Shown: piece after piece, positions 10,534 through 11,209 of the stretch | Layout: the number at the start of each line of letters is the position of its first letter | Numbering within the stretch: position 1 is the first letter of the stretch | From: Geosiphon pyriformis uo1 | Lineage: Eukaryota > Fungi > Glomeromycota | Assembly: GCA_016748015.1 (NCBI GenBank) | Contig: JAAOMT010000391.1 | Coordinates: 3,390-14,598, forward strand | Direction of reading: 5' to 3' | Length of the DNA: 11,209 nt | Position numbers and translations under genes: made by a program | Notes under the pieces: model-generated | The model's input: only the letters and a program-made list of their open reading frames with translations | What the model was told of the DNA's origin: nothing | The model's database searches: none

Positions 10534-10726
10534 GATTACCTGTATATGAATAATAATAATTACAACGGCTCTACTGAATATGAAAAAGCGCGTTTCTTGG
10601 GTTGCAATTGTGGTTGCTAAAAAATAATTCCGAAAGAAAAGTTTGCTGAATTGCGTGAGGCGTTTCAAGCTCTCTCTAGATCCGAACAAGATATATTTTT
10701 AATGGCCCAACTGAAAGCACTGAACG
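10534..10726 (+). pseudogene. Truncated Cys-rich gene fragment, possibly the N-terminal region of a DNA transposase
   Basis: After a ttatttatAG acceptor-like site the frame reads DYLYMNNNNYNGSTEYEKARFLGCNCGC*KIIPKEKFAELREAFQALSRSEQDIFLMAQLKALND, with one stop at 10618-10620. The CxC plus helical motif recalls repetitive transposase-like proteins (from memory, unverified). Confidence 0.55.
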
Positions 10727-10762
10727 ACTCGGGTGTTGGGAAATGGAGTAGGATAAAAAAGT
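10727..10762 (+). repeat. 36-bp direct copy of intron positions 8475-8510
   Basis: actcgggtgttgggaaatggagtaggataaaaaagt versus actcgggcgttgggaaatggaataggataaaaaagt: 34/36 identical, both differences transitions. Confidence 0.95.
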
Positions 10763-10774
10763 TGTAAAACTTAC

Positions 10775-10891
10775 TTTCTTATCCTTTGTTCATTTGACTA
10801 ATTTGTGCTCATTCACTTCTGCCTCTTGCTTCCAAAATTGCTTTGCATTTAACTCAATAATAAAACCTTTTGACTTAATGTTAGCCCTTAA
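10775..10891 (-). pseudogene. Possible decayed exon fragment
   Basis: The minus frame reads LRANIKSKGFIIELNAKQFWKQEAEVNEHKLVK*TKDKK, followed directly by GTAAGT (10774-10769). One TGA; no family recognised. Confidence 0.25.
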
Positions 10892-11209
10892 GTTTTACTA
10901 TTCACCTCGTTATCTATCATTTATACGCTTTTTCATATATTTAACGTTCGATATACTCTTATGATGTTAATTAACTATTGCTATCTTCTTTCTTCCCTTT
11001 TTTTGTCGCTGATGTGCTTTATAGCTGAGTCTTCCTCTGGTAGGTTTATTTGTTCAATCTATTTTTATTAATGTGTTTTGAGTGTGAAAGTGATCTGTTT
11101 TAGTATTAAGTTTTGTGGGCAGAGCTGAAACATAGCAGAGCTAGGTTATATGTAACTCGTTTCAAAGAAGACAAGAAATAGTATGGGTTACAAGAGACGC
11201 TATGGGTTA

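Noticed and set aside
10773-10780. Extension of the 36-bp repeat by actttctt after a 10-nt insertion
   Set aside because: An 8-nt pyrimidine-rich match may be coincidental and overlaps the possible minus-strand exon end.
11182-11209. tatgggtta repeated twice at the window edge
   Set aside because: Only two 9-mers and cut by the window end; cannot be interpreted.

Overview
Eukaryotic, AT-rich DNA, most likely fungal. The repeat and gene families resemble, from memory and without a search, those of Glomeromycota-type genomes. There are four blocks. (1) 1-~6190: a nearly full-length but dead non-LTR (LINE-type) retrotransposon on the minus strand, with ORF1 (RRM-like plus CCHC knuckle) and ORF2 (APE endonuclease, RT, RNase H, C-terminal Zn finger). 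It has many stops and frameshifts, an N gap inside the endonuclease, and a 3' end beyond the left edge. (2) ~6190-8080: an extremely AT-rich, CpG-free stretch containing a decayed 7 x 12-bp array. (3) 8210-10031: an intact two-exon gene, join(8210..8471,8614..10031), 559 aa, which the ORF track splits in two. It encodes a coiled-coil, a PD-(D/E)xK restriction-endonuclease-like domain, an S/T/Q linker and a short protein-kinase-like domain. This is the architecture of Spok-type toxin/antidote proteins and Crinkler-type REase-kinase effectors, and it is the best candidate for an interesting system. (4) ~10530-10900: pseudogene scraps joined by a 36-bp copy of the start of that gene's intron.
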